Positions 24,887-37,701 are shown, counted from the stretch's first letter. The stretch: DNA of 64,000 nt from Trichosphaerium sp. ATCC 40318 (GCA_038496445.1 JALMLS010000353.1:372001-436000); one strand, 5' to 3'. The notes: generated by a model not told the origin, from the letters alone. Numbers and translations are program-made.

Positions 24887-25244
24887 TGCTAGTGTAATTA
24901 TGATTTGGGAACACAGTTTGACCAAAAAGACGTTATTCGCACAGTTTTGAGCTAACTTTTAATGTAAAACACAAAACCTGTACCTGTAACATCAGCCACA
25001 TGGTCTTTCGTTCATTACGAGTAAGAACAGCGAAAAAACCTCCCGAAGCGTTTTCGGGATAACTTAGATAGTTAGAATGCACAGATTGGCCTACTTTAAT
25101 CTCAAAATTACATAGCGTCAACAATACTTCGAGAAAACAGAAAACGTGCGCAGACTTTTTTTCCGGATCTTAAATTTTTGTGGGAGCGTTTTTGTGGCGC
25201 CTTAAGGTCTCTCGTACGCGCTTTTTGTAATATCGTGCGTTAGT

Positions 25245-26519
25245 ATGGGTGCTATAAGCCTTTTCGCTATCAAACCACTGTAAACGAATAGCTACTCACT
25301 ATGATGACACTAAGGACAAGCCATTCAACAAAATTTTCAATAGTGAATCCACAGTGAGTGACGGTACAACTTTTCTCAAAAATAACGGTTCGCGTGTCCA
25401 GCCATTCACAATTATTAATACCAACCTATGCTGGACATATCAGCAGAAAAGCAAGCTATGATAAACACATCAGAAGAAAAACCTTCACCTCCGTGCTGCC
25501 GTAGATACTGTGCTTTATTTCTTATTTTGGGTGTTACCTTTGGAGTTCTAATTTTAATTCTTATTTGTTTTTTGATTGGCGCTGCCGCTTCCTCACAGAA
25601 AGACATAGCTTGTCCACAAAAGTATAATTATGATAAATCTACTTTCCCTTCTGGAGGGGTTGTACATGGACAGATATCGGGAGTAGGAGCTAACGCAACA
25701 AGTAACATTTATGTTTTTTCGAGACAAGGACGTGACTTTAAAAACACTGAGATTATCAAAGAACCAGTATTGTTCAGAGTGAATACATCCGGAAGTATTC
25801 TTGATTCTTTTGGAGAGAACATGTTCGTCGTACCACATATGGTATCTGTTCTAGACGGATTTCTATGGGTCACAGACGTTGCTTTGCATCAAGTTTTTAA
25901 ACTTGACACTTCTGGAAATGTTCTGCTATCTCTAGGAACTGCAAGAGTGCCTGGATGGGATAAAACGCACTTTAATCAACCCACCTGCGTTACAGCATTA
26001 TCTGATAAGGTTTATATATCAGACGGATACGGAAATTGCAGGATCGCTGTCTTTTCAAAGAACGGAACTTATCTATTTGAATGGGGCACGTGTGGAAGCG
26101 AGCACGGTCAATTTCGCACGCCGCACTCTGTGACTATCGCGTGGGGTAAATTATACGTTGCTGATCGTAATAATTACCGTACACAAGTGTTTGATCTTGA
26201 TGGCTCTTTCTTACGTGCTTTTGATTCACACACACCTCGTAATGCTTTTTACCGGTTTAAGGCTTTGATGTTCGGATCTTGGATGAGATACACAACTGCT
26301 GTAATCTATTCTCCTACGGCAGATGCTCTTTTCTCCTTGGAGGGTGACCAAATTGTAGTTCGAGATCAACAAGCGACGAACTTGGTTTGTGCATTCACAT
26401 CTCCAAATGGGATGAACTTTCCTCATGATATCGCAGTTAGTGCAGTCCCACACCTAGCCATATTCGTCGGTCAGGTCGGTACTACAGATGGTCACGTGCA
26501 ACACTTTGTAAAAAACTAA
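25245..26519 (+). CDS. Monofunctional peptidyl-alpha-hydroxyglycine alpha-amidating lyase (PAL)-like NHL-repeat protein, N-terminally anchored
   Basis: NHL repeats with FVVPHM, FNQPT, SDGYGNCRI, FRTPHS, VADRNNYR, FPHDI. TM segment after CCRRYC. Probable extra 5' exons from ATG 25245 (main exon from ~25443). Confidence 0.85.
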
Positions 26520-26590
26520 ATATAAAGCTATTTAAACAACTTGCCTTAAATTGTTGTTAGTCAACTAAAGTATTAGCTACAATTGACATT

Positions 26591-27284
26591 ATGTGCGCAG
26601 TCTCAACGGCAAGTACAGAGAAATGTAGCAAAAAGGTTTATTTATTAATCACGTGCTTAGATTACAGAGCATGACGCTGATCGCATCACTCTTCTACAAC
26701 TTCCGTTCGAATTACAGCTATTAATAATAGAAATGAGCATAGAAGTATACAACATATGGCCTTTGCTGTCTAGAAGTGCAGCAATGTCAACACGGTTTGA
26801 TTTTAAGCTTAACCCACATGGCGTGTGGATTAATTGTCCACGTGGGAAATCACGCGAAGCATGGGTAAAACGGCGCGTATGGGAACGAGGAAAGAAAAAA
26901 GACTACAAAGAAAGATACGAGAATGGTAAAATGAAACAACACACGTGCTACAAACACGGCAAACGTCATGGATACAGTAGGAAATGGTTTTGTGATGGAC
27001 GCCTAAGAAGCGAGTGTACTTATGTCAATGGTTTAATTGAGGGAGAGTATAGGGAATGGGATAAGCACGGTAGACCCGTTAAGGAGTTGTGGTACCAGCA
27101 TGGTTCAAAGGAAGGGCGTCAAAGGAGGTGGTCATGTGCTTCTCAGCTACTTGAATGCTATACATACCACGACAATAAGCCGAATGGAGAATATTTAAAA
27201 TACCATAGAGGACGTCTTATTTTGCGATGTTTGTACAAGGATGGTAGGATTGTTTCTTCCGTTGGTACTAGAGATTTCTTCTAA
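26591..27284 (+). CDS. F-box + MORN-variant (YwqK-like) repeat protein
   Basis: LLQLPFELQLLII upstream of the ORF-track start, then repeats Y.NG......Y..GK.HG....W...G. The first exon probably uses a GCAAGT donor. Confidence 0.7.
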
Positions 27285-27742
27285 AATACACTAAAAGTTA
27301 CATGGCATTTATTGTTCTCAAACCTCGAGGCTTATGCAAATAACAAGAAATCGAAACCTTTGCTCACTTTATCCAAATAAACGTCAACTAGAGTGGCGCC
27401 GATAGACATTATTCTCCTTGAAATAGCGTTTTGCTTCAATCGGTGTTAATCTACCAGATTGTTTTGGTTCAAAGATCTAATTCTTTTAAGAAAGAAATGA
27501 AAATAATTATTGCAATTCAACCAATAAGTTTTCTAACTGACGTTTAATATTTTTCTTTTGGTTTGGTCCAAGCCTTGCTTTCAACATAGGTGTTGTGTAT
27601 GCAGCTTGACTTAAATGCCGTGCGCAAAAAGAGTGTACTGAATTTTTCTTTACCCAACACTTTGGAGTTACACATGCAACAATACTGTTCTAAACCGATG
27701 TTTCCGAGATAACAATTTATTAATGTTGTTGACTACAATACA

Positions 27743-28930
27743 TCAAGGGACATGTCCAATTTTTTTAATACCTTTCTTTTTAAGTTCTTTAATTCCGGCT
27801 AGCGTAACTCTTGTTAAAGACAATCCTAATATCTCAAGACTACCAGGTAATGATTTTATGCCTTTATCTGTAATATTACAACCACGCAATTGCAACACCT
27901 TTACGTCAGATGATATGGCGCTAATCCAATCATCTGTTGCATTTGTATGAGTTAGATCAATTGAATAAGCACTTGATAAACTCTTCATAAATATCCCTTT
28001 TCGTAATGACCTACAAGAGGAGAGGTTGATATCATGTACACCAACCAAAGCTGAAACACCTATATCAGTAACTCCAGTATACTCCAAATTTATGGTATGA
28101 ACACCAGCTAACGCTGCTACACCTTTATCCGTTATGTCCTTGCAATATGTTAAATCTATCTTATGTACACCTGCTAGCGATACAATTGAATCTGTTACAT
28201 GTGTATAACTTAAATCTATGGTATGTACACCAGCTAGTGACGATACATCTGTTATATTAGTTGAACTTAAATCAATTGTATGTACACCTGCCAAAGAAGG
28301 TATACCCAAGTCAGTGATATGTTCATATTTTTTCAAATTTATTGTATGCACTCCAGATAAGACAGATAGTACGTCATCTGTGGCACTTGAGTTAACTATG
28401 CTAATCGTTGGTATTCCAGAGAGAGCCTTCAAACCTATTTCTGTAATCTCTTCAGCTTTGTACAGACAAATGTAATTGAGGTATGGAGCAAGTTGTGCCA
28501 AACATGAATCTGTTATATCTGGACAGCGTTTTAGTTCTAATCGTTTAACACCAATCAAATGATTTAACCCTTTGTCTGTTATACAATAGTTGAAGCAAAG
28601 GCTTATTGATTTAATACCAGAAAGAAGACAAAGATCTTTGTTGGTAGTGCCCACAAAGCGTTTTGTTGATACTGTAGTATTCTGTAGAAGAGGACTTCCT
28701 TCGAGATAAGAAAAACACTTGTGTGATTTTACATATATTGTACCATAACCAATGTGAGTGTGGATGATGTCTCTTAGCCGTCTACAGCTTTGGGAAATTG
28801 GATATAGGAAGATATAGTCCAAAAATGCAAGTAAATGAGCGATAATCTCTGTAGGAATATCTAGAAGCTCGGTATTGCTCTTGGTTGTATTGCATACAGG
28901 TGTGTGCCGTGTGCGCTTTGTTCTTCGCAT
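27743..28930 (-). CDS. F-box/LRR-repeat protein, intronless
   Basis: LLDIPTEIIAHLLAFLD...ISQSCRRL F-box, then many LAGVHTIDLS..(I/V)TD repeats. Likely start MRRTKR at 28930. Confidence 0.85.
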   Translation of the reverse strand: MRRTKRTRHTPVCNTTKSNTELLDIPTEIIAHLLAFLDYIFLYPISQSCRRLRDIIHTHIGYGTIYVKSHKCFSYLEGSPLLQNTTVSTKRFVGTTNKDLCLLSGIKSISLCFNYCITDKGLNHLIGVKRLELKRCPDITDSCLAQLAPYLNYICLYKAEEITEIGLKALSGIPTISIVNSSATDDVLSVLSGVHTINLKKYEHITDLGIPSLAGVHTIDLSSTNITDVSSLAGVHTIDLSYTHVTDSIVSLAGVHKIDLTYCKDITDKGVAALAGVHTINLEYTGVTDIGVSALVGVHDINLSSCRSLRKGIFMKSLSSAYSIDLTHTNATDDWISAISSDVKVLQLRGCNITDKGIKSLPGSLEILGLSLTRVTLAGIKELKKKGIKKIGHVP

Positions 28931-29245
28931 GGCAGTATTTGTAGGGTTTTGTTGAATTGCTATATGTTGGGAAGTTAAACAGCACTGAGAACAAAGAGTG
29001 CAGATTAATTTATTGACTGTTCTTGATTGATAGATTATTAAAAATACCAAAAAACTCAATCAAAAACAAAATCTACCATAAAATTTTGAAACAAGCTTGC
29101 TTGGCCACAATTCTTATAGTTCAAATGGTTACATAGTCTCTGTGTTTGATGGGTCACTACAGGTACAACATTCGGGTAGAACCCACAAAACATAGGTTGG
29201 TTTTAAGGAATTTTGTAGACTACTAAGAATTCATGTTCTTTCACC

Positions 29246-30869
29246 ATGGCTACCATGCTGAAAGCAAGGCTTGGACCAGACCAAAAGAAAGTAATCGACG
29301 TTCCACGTGACTTTGGCGAACGAAGCACCGTTTTAGCAGCGCAGCTGGAGCAAATCGACAGTGGAGAGTCAATAGATGATTATTTGATTGTTCTCAAGCA
29401 CGCTGAGGGATTCTGTTGGCTTGTATCACATTACAACAAACCAATAAGCTCAGTATGCGATAAATTGTGTATGGTATCTGAAAAAGAGCGCTTAGAGTGT
29501 ATACAAGTTGTACGAACATTTTTGTTTTTGAGTCACACAGGTGTACTTAGCTTGACCTTTTTTCGCTGAGAATGTCTTTGTTTCGAAATGTGCTCGACTA
29601 AAGTAAAACATAGTCAAATAAACCAAACAAACAATGTACTTTGTTTATCTGAGAGACTTTACTGGGTTTTTTGTTAACTTTGTTGTTTATCTAGATCTAT
29701 GACGCTTTAGATTGTTGTGATTACTTGGACTTACAAATGCCTTTGTTCATGCAAAGTATAACACGTATGCTTCAGCTTGAAGGATGTGACATAAGAAATG
29801 ATTTTGTTCAATATTGTTGGCCTGTAAACTTTTCATCAGCAATTCAAGATGCCTATGAAGGGAGTACGTAACTCTACTAAATGTGTATTCTAATATAGTA
29901 AAGAGTGGTTTGGAACACTGAGAAAAAGAATTATCAGCGGTCCGTTTATACCACCAACCGGCTTTCACGGTAAGTGAGCATACAATAAAATCTCATGGAA
30001 TTATTTGTATTACCTCTGGTCGCACTTTTGGTAACAAAAAAGTCACATGTTGGAACTATTCTTTAAACACCAAACAATTCAGAATACTCGGCCTCCTTGA
30101 TGAGGCTGCAGGTTTTCACATTGCTAAAGAATACTTGACAAAGTATTTTTTAGAAGGAACTGCAAAGATAGACAGTGTGATTGTTGCTCACTGTTCATCG
30201 TTTTGGAGTTTATTGTCAGCAAGTGAACTATCAGATATCGAGGCTCAAGCAGGAAGTGATAGATGTCTGGGTAAATTTATTGTCGATAATCTTGTATCTT
30301 TCCAATATCTCAAGTGTTTTATTGACATTGCACAAAGCAACGATAGGGCTCTTGCGTCGAAAATAGAGCATTCAATTCTGTACCATTTAGCTCAATATGA
30401 ATCTGCACCTAATTTGAACCTTGTTATTGATCTTATGAAGCATATTCCTCCCTCAGAGACTTGGCAAGCAATTAAACGTGATAATTTTGACATAAATGCT
30501 GTACCTCCAATACCTTTCTTTTGGAATGCATTAAAGTACAAAAATAGATCACAAATTACAGATTTTTGATTAATGTAATTCCCTAGGATAGGCATGCTAA
30601 GCAATCAGCTTGATTTTGGTGACTTGAATCATGCTAGGTTTGCGGACTGTATCACTCGCAAAGTTGGTACTTCTGTGACACTCATGAGAGGACAGCACAA
30701 TCCAAACAGGCAGAGGTCAAAAGTTTACGTTGCATTGGAACCACTAGATTTAATACCAACTGTACTAAGTGGATGGCGATCAAAATGGAAACAAAAAAAA
30801 CATACATACAATTTGGACTGGTACAGCGCTTTCCTCACATGCAAAGAACCAGTTCTACCTACGAGCTAA
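29246..30869 (+). pseudogene. Disrupted copy 1 of an unknown gene family (weak BTB/Skp1-like segment)
   Basis: Collinear with 31080-32555 along its length. In-frame TGA or frameshift near 29920 and in-frame stops at 30567-30578. IYDALDCCDYLDL resembles the BTB/Skp1 (A)ADYL helix. Confidence 0.6.
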
Positions 30870-31079
30870 TTAATATCATAGGGATTGTGGCTATATACCT
30901 TATACTCCTAAAACTGATAATTGACAACAGGTCAATTTAGAACTATTCACAAGATTCGCAGGAAACCGTAGTAAGAAAATTGTGAGAATAAAAATAACTT
31001 TCAGAACAACTTGGGTAACGTTGATCGTAAAGGAAAACAATTATCTGTAATAGTGCAATAATCTGGTTGACCTAGTTCT

Positions 31080-32555
31080 ATGGCTACCACACTCAAAGCG
31101 AAGGTCGGCGAAAGGTAACGTACCACGTGACTTTGTTGCGCTTAGCACTGTTCTATCAGCTCATTGGAGCAAATCGACAGTGGGGAGTCAGCAGATGATT
31201 ATTTGATTGTTCTTAAGTATGTTGATGGATTTAAATGGCTTGTATCGCATTACAACACTTCAATAATACACGATAAATTTTCAATTATCCAAAGAAGACC
31301 GCATAACACACCTACAAATTGTACATGTTGGTAAATCTCTAGATGTCCGCTGCAGCAAAATGTTGTGATTATTTGGATGTCAAGACGACTATTATTCAAA
31401 ACATCACACGTATGCTACAGCTGGAGGGTTATAGTATTGATAAAAATTTGGTACATAACTGTTGGCCTGTATCTTTCGATTCTGCAGCCATTCAGGATGC
31501 TTATGAAGGAAGTAAGTGAGTGTTTACTGAATTGAATATTGTTCTAACAAGAAACAGAATGGTTTGGGACGATAGTAATTGTAGATAGGCCAACGCCACC
31601 CTCGGGTCACTCAAAACCATACTTGTACCATGGTCACTCAAAATCATACTTGTACCACTCGGTGTTTTGCGTTCAAAGCTGAAAACTCGCACACATCAGC
31701 GTTGTGTCAGTGAAAGTGATGTGACTGGACTGTTCATGGACGTGCTGTTGGAAAGAAAAAAGCTTCAGGTGGCATTACCATTTAAATGTAGAAGCTTTTA
31801 GAACCTTGTGCCTCATTGATAAAACTGCAGGGTTTATAGTTGCTAAAGAATATTTAAGAAAATACTTGTCAAAATCCATTCGGAATAATGAGGTTAAGAT
31901 AGATGAACAAATCATTGCTGCTTGTTCTCCTTGTTGGAGTGAATTAACAAGCACAGAGCTTGCAGAAATGGAAAACCAAAGAGATGGCTGCATAGCAATA
32001 CTTTTAATAACTAATCTTAAATCTTTCTCATATCTCAAGTGTTTAATTGATACTGCACAAAAAGATGATGAACTGCTTGCTAAGAAAATAGAACACAATA
32101 TAATTTTCAGTGTTAGCCAATCAAAAAGAAGCTTAGCTGACTTAAACGAAATTATTGAAGTCGTTGAGCACATACCACCATCAGAAGCTTGGCAAGTAAT
32201 TTATTGTGATACCTTTAATGTCGATAGGGTACCTACCATACCTTTTTTCTGGAAAGCTTTAAAGTACGATTCAGCAAGTCACCTGATTAATAACCAACTT
32301 GTTAGAGCTGGGATGCTGAACGGTCAACTAGATTTAGATACAGTACCACACAAAAAGTTTGAAGACTGTATTAGGGGCACGCCATCCAAGGGACATCACA
32401 AGAGTAGCAACATTGTCTTGCAACCATTATCATTTGTACCAACAGAATTGATTGGCTGGAAAGCCAAATGGTCACAGAAGAGACACAGCTACGAATTTGA
32501 CTGGTACATTCCTCCCTTTGTTTATTCTAATTATTCAGTAGGGATTGTGGTTTAA
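31080..32555 (+). pseudogene. Disrupted copy 2 of the same family
   Basis: MATTLKAKVGER* followed by deletions/frameshifts, a 27-bp tandem duplication at 31605-31657 and a frameshift in an A-run near 31755. The 3' 249 codons are still open and align with copy 1 (HIPPSE.WQ, IPFFW.ALKY, GW..KW). Confidence 0.7.
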
Positions 32556-32768
32556 CAACATGAAAACAAAACGAGACAGAATATTTCCAGCTGAGCAGTT
32601 GGCGTCAAGTTCCATATACCCTCCACCTTACCACACAAGATGGCTATGTCTAATGAGCCAGAGCAAGACAATGTGTTATAGTCTCATAAAAGGAATACAC
32701 CTACAACGCTGTGTTTGATAAATATCCATTGCTTGTTTGTAAATTTTGTGCAAAGGAGAAAACACTTT

Positions 32769-33998
32769 TTAATGATTAACATATGGCACTGTCTTTACAA
32801 TTACAGACCTACAAAAAGGGCAAGTCTTAAGCTTTCGTGTACATGAAGTACACATAGAATGTCCACATGGATCTATTACCTTCTGCTTAGGACTAGACAT
32901 ACATATGGAACAAATTGTTAAATCTCTTCGTTCCCTCTCCTGACGAGCAAGTTTGGCTTCTAAAGTTTTCGCGAGTGCTTCCATCTTTTTAAATTTAGCC
33001 ACAAGAACGTCTCTCCTTGGAGGCTTTGAAGGTAAAGGTGACACAACCACAGGCGTGCTCTCTCTGTTGTTAGTGCTAGCGAGCTGTGCCAAAAGCTTTT
33101 CCCGTAATCGTTGTTCCAAAGAAATACTAGCAGACTTTTCTACTGGCTGCGTGGACATCTTCAGTTTATCTTCACATAGCACCTTCTCGCATTTCTTCTC
33201 GTGTACTTCTGAAAATGCACTCGATCCTGTATCGTGTCGTACTGGTTTATGGTCTCGTATTGGTGATGGTGGCATACAAGATGTCTTAGCTGGCGAGGAG
33301 TATTTTTTAGGTGGAGAGCATGTTTTAGCTGGAGAGGAGCATGTCTTAGGTGGCGAGGAGCATTTCTTAGCGTTAGGCAAAGGTTTAGATGCTTCAACTT
33401 TCATGAGCTCGTCGCAAAGTTTATCCAAAGCATCTGAAACCCAAAACTCATTTCCTCTGTTATCACGCGCGTACCATTGTGTAAAATCGCTATTTATCGA
33501 AACGTGCTCCATGTATCGCGACTTAATAAACTTCTGAAAGATGTCAGGAAGACCTTTAGATTGCATGGTGTAGTTGTTCATGAATTGGATGAAATACAAA
33601 TCTTTAGTGAATACCATCGTTTGTACGTCACCGAGCTTCTTTCTATTAGTTACCAGGCGTCTATGAAGCTCTGGAGGTACACCTCCCCATGCGTATTCGC
33701 CGATTTGTAGAACTGCGAAGAACGATGGACCAGGGCCAAGGAAAACCTTTGTTATTATGCCTTTTAGTATCAATTGCTTCAGGGAGGGGTTCTCAACGTG
33801 AAAATTTACTTCGTCTTTGTATTTAAAGAAATACTGGTCTCTGTCGCCCAGATCGTAATGTATTACACGCTTAGTGTCTGTTTGGAGAGTGGGAATTAAA
33901 TTTGGCGGGCAATCATTGTAATCGGTGTATTTATCGCTCAAAGCAACGTATTGAGAATTTTTATCGACGCCAAGAGCGACTGCCTGAAATTGTGCCAT
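32769..33998 (-). CDS. C-terminal RING-HC E3 ubiquitin ligase, intronless
   Basis: CSICMSSPKQKVIDPCGHSMCTSCTRKLKTCPFCRSVI, preceded by a coiled coil and 6-7-aa K(K/T)CSSP repeats (33281-33370). N-terminal domain unknown. Confidence 0.85.
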   Translation of the reverse strand: MAQFQAVALGVDKNSQYVALSDKYTDYNDCPPNLIPTLQTDTKRVIHYDLGDRDQYFFKYKDEVNFHVENPSLKQLILKGIITKVFLGPGPSFFAVLQIGEYAWGGVPPELHRRLVTNRKKLGDVQTMVFTKDLYFIQFMNNYTMQSKGLPDIFQKFIKSRYMEHVSINSDFTQWYARDNRGNEFWVSDALDKLCDELMKVEASKPLPNAKKCSSPPKTCSSPAKTCSPPKKYSSPAKTSCMPPSPIRDHKPVRHDTGSSAFSEVHEKKCEKVLCEDKLKMSTQPVEKSASISLEQRLREKLLAQLASTNNRESTPVVVSPLPSKPPRRDVLVAKFKKMEALAKTLEAKLARQERERRDLTICSICMSSPKQKVIDPCGHSMCTSCTRKLKTCPFCRSVIVKTVPYVNH

Positions 33999-34751
33999 GC
34001 TAATTTGTGTACATAAGTTTTACTTCTTTTTACCGCGTTTTTTCACCACGTACTAATACGTGATAGTGGTAGTTCCTACTTGGGCGCAGGTTGACGTCGC
34101 TAGACATCCTTAAACGTTGTATCATTTCCAGGACGACGGGTTCGCTATTGAAGCACTCAAGCTTGAGTGCTTTCAAGGTTCTTACTCGTTTAGAGGCGTA
34201 AAAAGGTCACGTGTCACAATCACGGTAAGGTTTATTAAACAACAGTTAAGTTTATGAGTTTGCAAGGTAATTTGCGCTGGTGGTACAACTCCCACAAGTT
34301 GGGGTGTACGATAAGTATTACGTGTCATTAACGAGTTTATTTCTGCACAGTACAAAGTTGACCCTTGCATCCGAAAGGCAAGATGTTGATTGTTTCTCAG
34401 CATCACCTTTCTTCTATGTATCTTGCTACCAGTTACGTCAGTGACTATAGCCACCATTTCGCTTGTACTTCCCACCATAGGATTGTCATCACCCTCTTGT
34501 GAGCGTTTGTACTCCTCTAAATTCTTCCTCAAGCTCCTTCAACTGCAACATTGTGCGTAGAATCAAGTATAGTAGTGTACAAATGATTACAAGCATGTAC
34601 TTGCACGAGAAAAAGATTCACTGCAGCAACAAGAATTGGCACATTCAAAAATCACTCAAGCACCCTTTAATGTACAGTATAGACCTATCATATGTTTTGC
34701 AGTTATTGGAGTTGCTTCAAGCTTTGGATAATATTCGTATATTTTTACAGC

Positions 34752-37701
34752 TTATTTAATCTTAATACCTACTTTATCAGGTTCTTCATTAACATCCTCA
34801 GGAACATCTTCAACCTCAAACCAAGCATTATCTGCAGCTTTTTTCTTCGCGTTTTTATCAGCATAAGCAGAATTTTTTTCTCTAGCAGCAAGTTTCTGAT
34901 CAGCAATCTGCTTGCCATACTTTGATATTTGATAATCATAATATTCCATTAATTTTTCAGGATTACGCCTTTGTTTCTTTCTTTGTTCTAACTTCTCAAT
35001 CCTAAAACACAAAAAAGTAAACTCTCAAGTGCTATATTCACATTCTCTCTTTCCATTATCAAGAGATGAAAGTCGTGTGAGGGAGTCAAATACGTACGCT
35101 CTTACATTAATTGTATCGCCCCAAAAGGATTTCCTTGCTGTTTTATACATTTCCTTGGAGTGAGATTTTGTTACTATTTTGCGCTCCAAAACGCCCTAAC
35201 ATGAAATTAAGAAAACCCACTGCAAAGATCAACTAATTCATTTCGTTTTCATCAAATTGGCAATACATACCTCACGTGTACACACATCTAGTAAAACATG
35301 TCCACCAGCCTTTATAGGTTGTCGTATAAGACGACCAAAATGCTGATCTGTACAAAAAAAAATCAGAACAAAATAGTTCAACTAACATGCTGCGCACGTA
35401 CCTTTTTGTATTGGTGAAGGATCACTTAGTTTTCCTTTGGAAATAATCACATACGAAAACTTTTCGTTTTGAGGTGCTTTTTTCTGTCTATTGTTCCTAA
35501 ACGACTCCACTGTCGCCTTCTGTATGAAATGACACCAATCTTTTTTCGCTTGCGGACAACTCAATTGATGAGGGCACTAATTGAACAAACACATAAGTCA
35601 ACACAACAATAAAATAATTTCGGTCTTACAGGTGAAATTACGTGTGGATTATCTTTCTCATGCTGGCCATATGTATCTAACACTGTAGTTCGAGCATTTC
35701 TAATATGTGCAAAACCTACAGGAGTACCAAAATCGACAAGTACCTAAGTTAACACAATAAGTAAAGAAAAAGTCTCAGGTTTGATGGAAACGCACCAATA
35801 CTCCACCCTGCGGAACTCGATACCATAGTTCCTTCACTACAGATCGTCTATCTGCATCTGTACTGAGTTCAGTCAAAAGAAAGGAACCCACAACCTAAAT
35901 ACAAGAGAATGAGTGACTTTTGTTTTACTCCATTGCACATTTAGTTCAAAATTTATGTTACCAACTCGTGTTTAACTTCACGGCCTTCGTGTATGTATCT
36001 ACTACGCTCAACATTATTAAACCCATCCAGGATTTGTTCTGAAAGTTCATTCATGTCATCAGATGGCTCAATTAAAACATACTTGAACAGTTTTAGTGAC
36101 ATTAAATAATTTCAAAATTAAACAACAATTTGGAACCTTTTGAAGCCTTGGATAAAGCTCTCGTATTGCCCATGTACCAACACCAGTACCAGAGCCACAA
36201 TCGAGTACAGATTCAGGTTGAAATTTAGGGTATTTGTTACGCAGCTAGCACAAATGGGTTAAAAACAAGCTTGCAACGAAAAAAAGCTGCTTTCAGGAAT
36301 ACCTCATGCATAACACGATGTGTGCTTGTGTAGACACTGTTTGAGCGCACTGCTAGAAAAGCCATTGATTCATTCTTTCTGTAAGTGATAGGTGGAATAC
36401 GCAACTTTAATTTGTCTGCTGCTTTGGAGTACTCAGGGCTGTTCCGTTTTTTAAACGCTCTCTCCATATCCAAGAGCTCCTGTTCTTCAGCTTTTGCTTC
36501 TCTTAATTCTCTTGAGTTGGCAACTGCTTTTATCACTTCACGACGGTGCTTTTGAACAACGTAAGCGCCAAAAACGTAGAGATTTGATTTTTAAAAAAAA
36601 GCAAAAAAAAATACACTAAAGGAAAAAAACATCGACTCACCTGATTCGCTGATGAGTAAGGAGCTTGTTGGCGTAGGATATACGTTCAAAAAATACAACA
36701 AAAAAAAAAAGAGTAGGTGTCATTGAAAAAAAAAACCTGTCATCAGCGATACAGAGTGCCCGACGGTTAGAATGGTAAAACTTTCTTTTTGGTGACGAAA
36801 AAAAAAAATAAATGCGTCTTCTCAAAGGAATGATTAGATAAACATAAGTCGAGAGTTGTATGAATGGACGGCATAGTTTATTTTCAGTTACTAAAAAAAC
36901 TGAATGAATAAAATGCAAAAAAGAAAATATGTCATGCCTGGGTATTTGTAGAGTTTCTTATGTTCAGCATTTCTGCTAGGTGCTTAGAATCCCTCTCAAG
37001 CCATGCGCGGTTCCATCCTACATAATGTGAGTTCATACGTTATAATAGTTTCTTGAGAACAATACCAAACGCTTATTACGCGTTTGGACGGCGATTAATA
37101 CGAAAATGGGGAAAATAGAGAGTATACGATGCTACGTGCCTTCAAGAGCGTCTCTAATGCGATTGCCAAGCGTAACAGGTAAAAAAGTTGTCCCAATCTT
37201 GAGGGAGTGCGATAATTTTGAAGAATCCTCTGGGGTTGAGTCTGTATCAGGTGTGCCTTTCTCAAGGTTGTCTTTCACTTCCTTTAAAGGGTCACTAGGC
37301 CTATCGCCCTCTGGGTCGCCAGCTTGTGGAAAGCCATAATTATCATCTAAATACGCTTAGAGGTCTCATTTCTTCACAATACGGCCATTCAAAACCAAAA
37401 TGAGGTAAAAACGCTAACCTCCACCTTCTCCTTCGCCTTCTGGTTGTGAGTTTGGTATACTAGCGAGGTATTTAGCGAACTGTTCTTTATCTTTGTCTGG
37501 TAGGTCCAATAGCTTGTTTAATTTGTCTTGTACAGACTTGCTTTTTGCAACGCTTGATACATGGCGAATAGCATCATCTAAATGCTTTGTACTTGGTCCT
37601 TTCTTTACAGTTACAGTTTTGTGATAGCTTCGTTTTGATGCAACAGTTTTACTGCGTTGTGTATTTCTGACTGCCGTGCAGTGTCGCAGGCGTACCAACA
37701 T
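34752..37701 (-). CDS. METTL17: Mitoribosome small-subunit assembly methyltransferase-like protein RSM22/METTL17
   Basis: Arg-rich presequence; FQPESVLDCGSGTG, VDFGTPVGF, SPCPHQLSCP...WCHF, EKFSYV, GRLIRQPIK.GGHVLLDVC, YKTARKSFWGD. Exact 3' end uncertain. Confidence 0.85.

Noticed and set aside
34182-34740. 116-aa minus-strand ORF downstream of RSM22
   Set aside because: Could not be joined in frame to RSM22 with confidence and has no recognisable motif.
36640-36680. 8-nt microexon or extra U12 intron inside the long RSM22 intron
   Set aside because: The phase does not fit the downstream exon, and the putative AT-AG intron would be only ~33 nt; a hairpin explains the sequence equally well.
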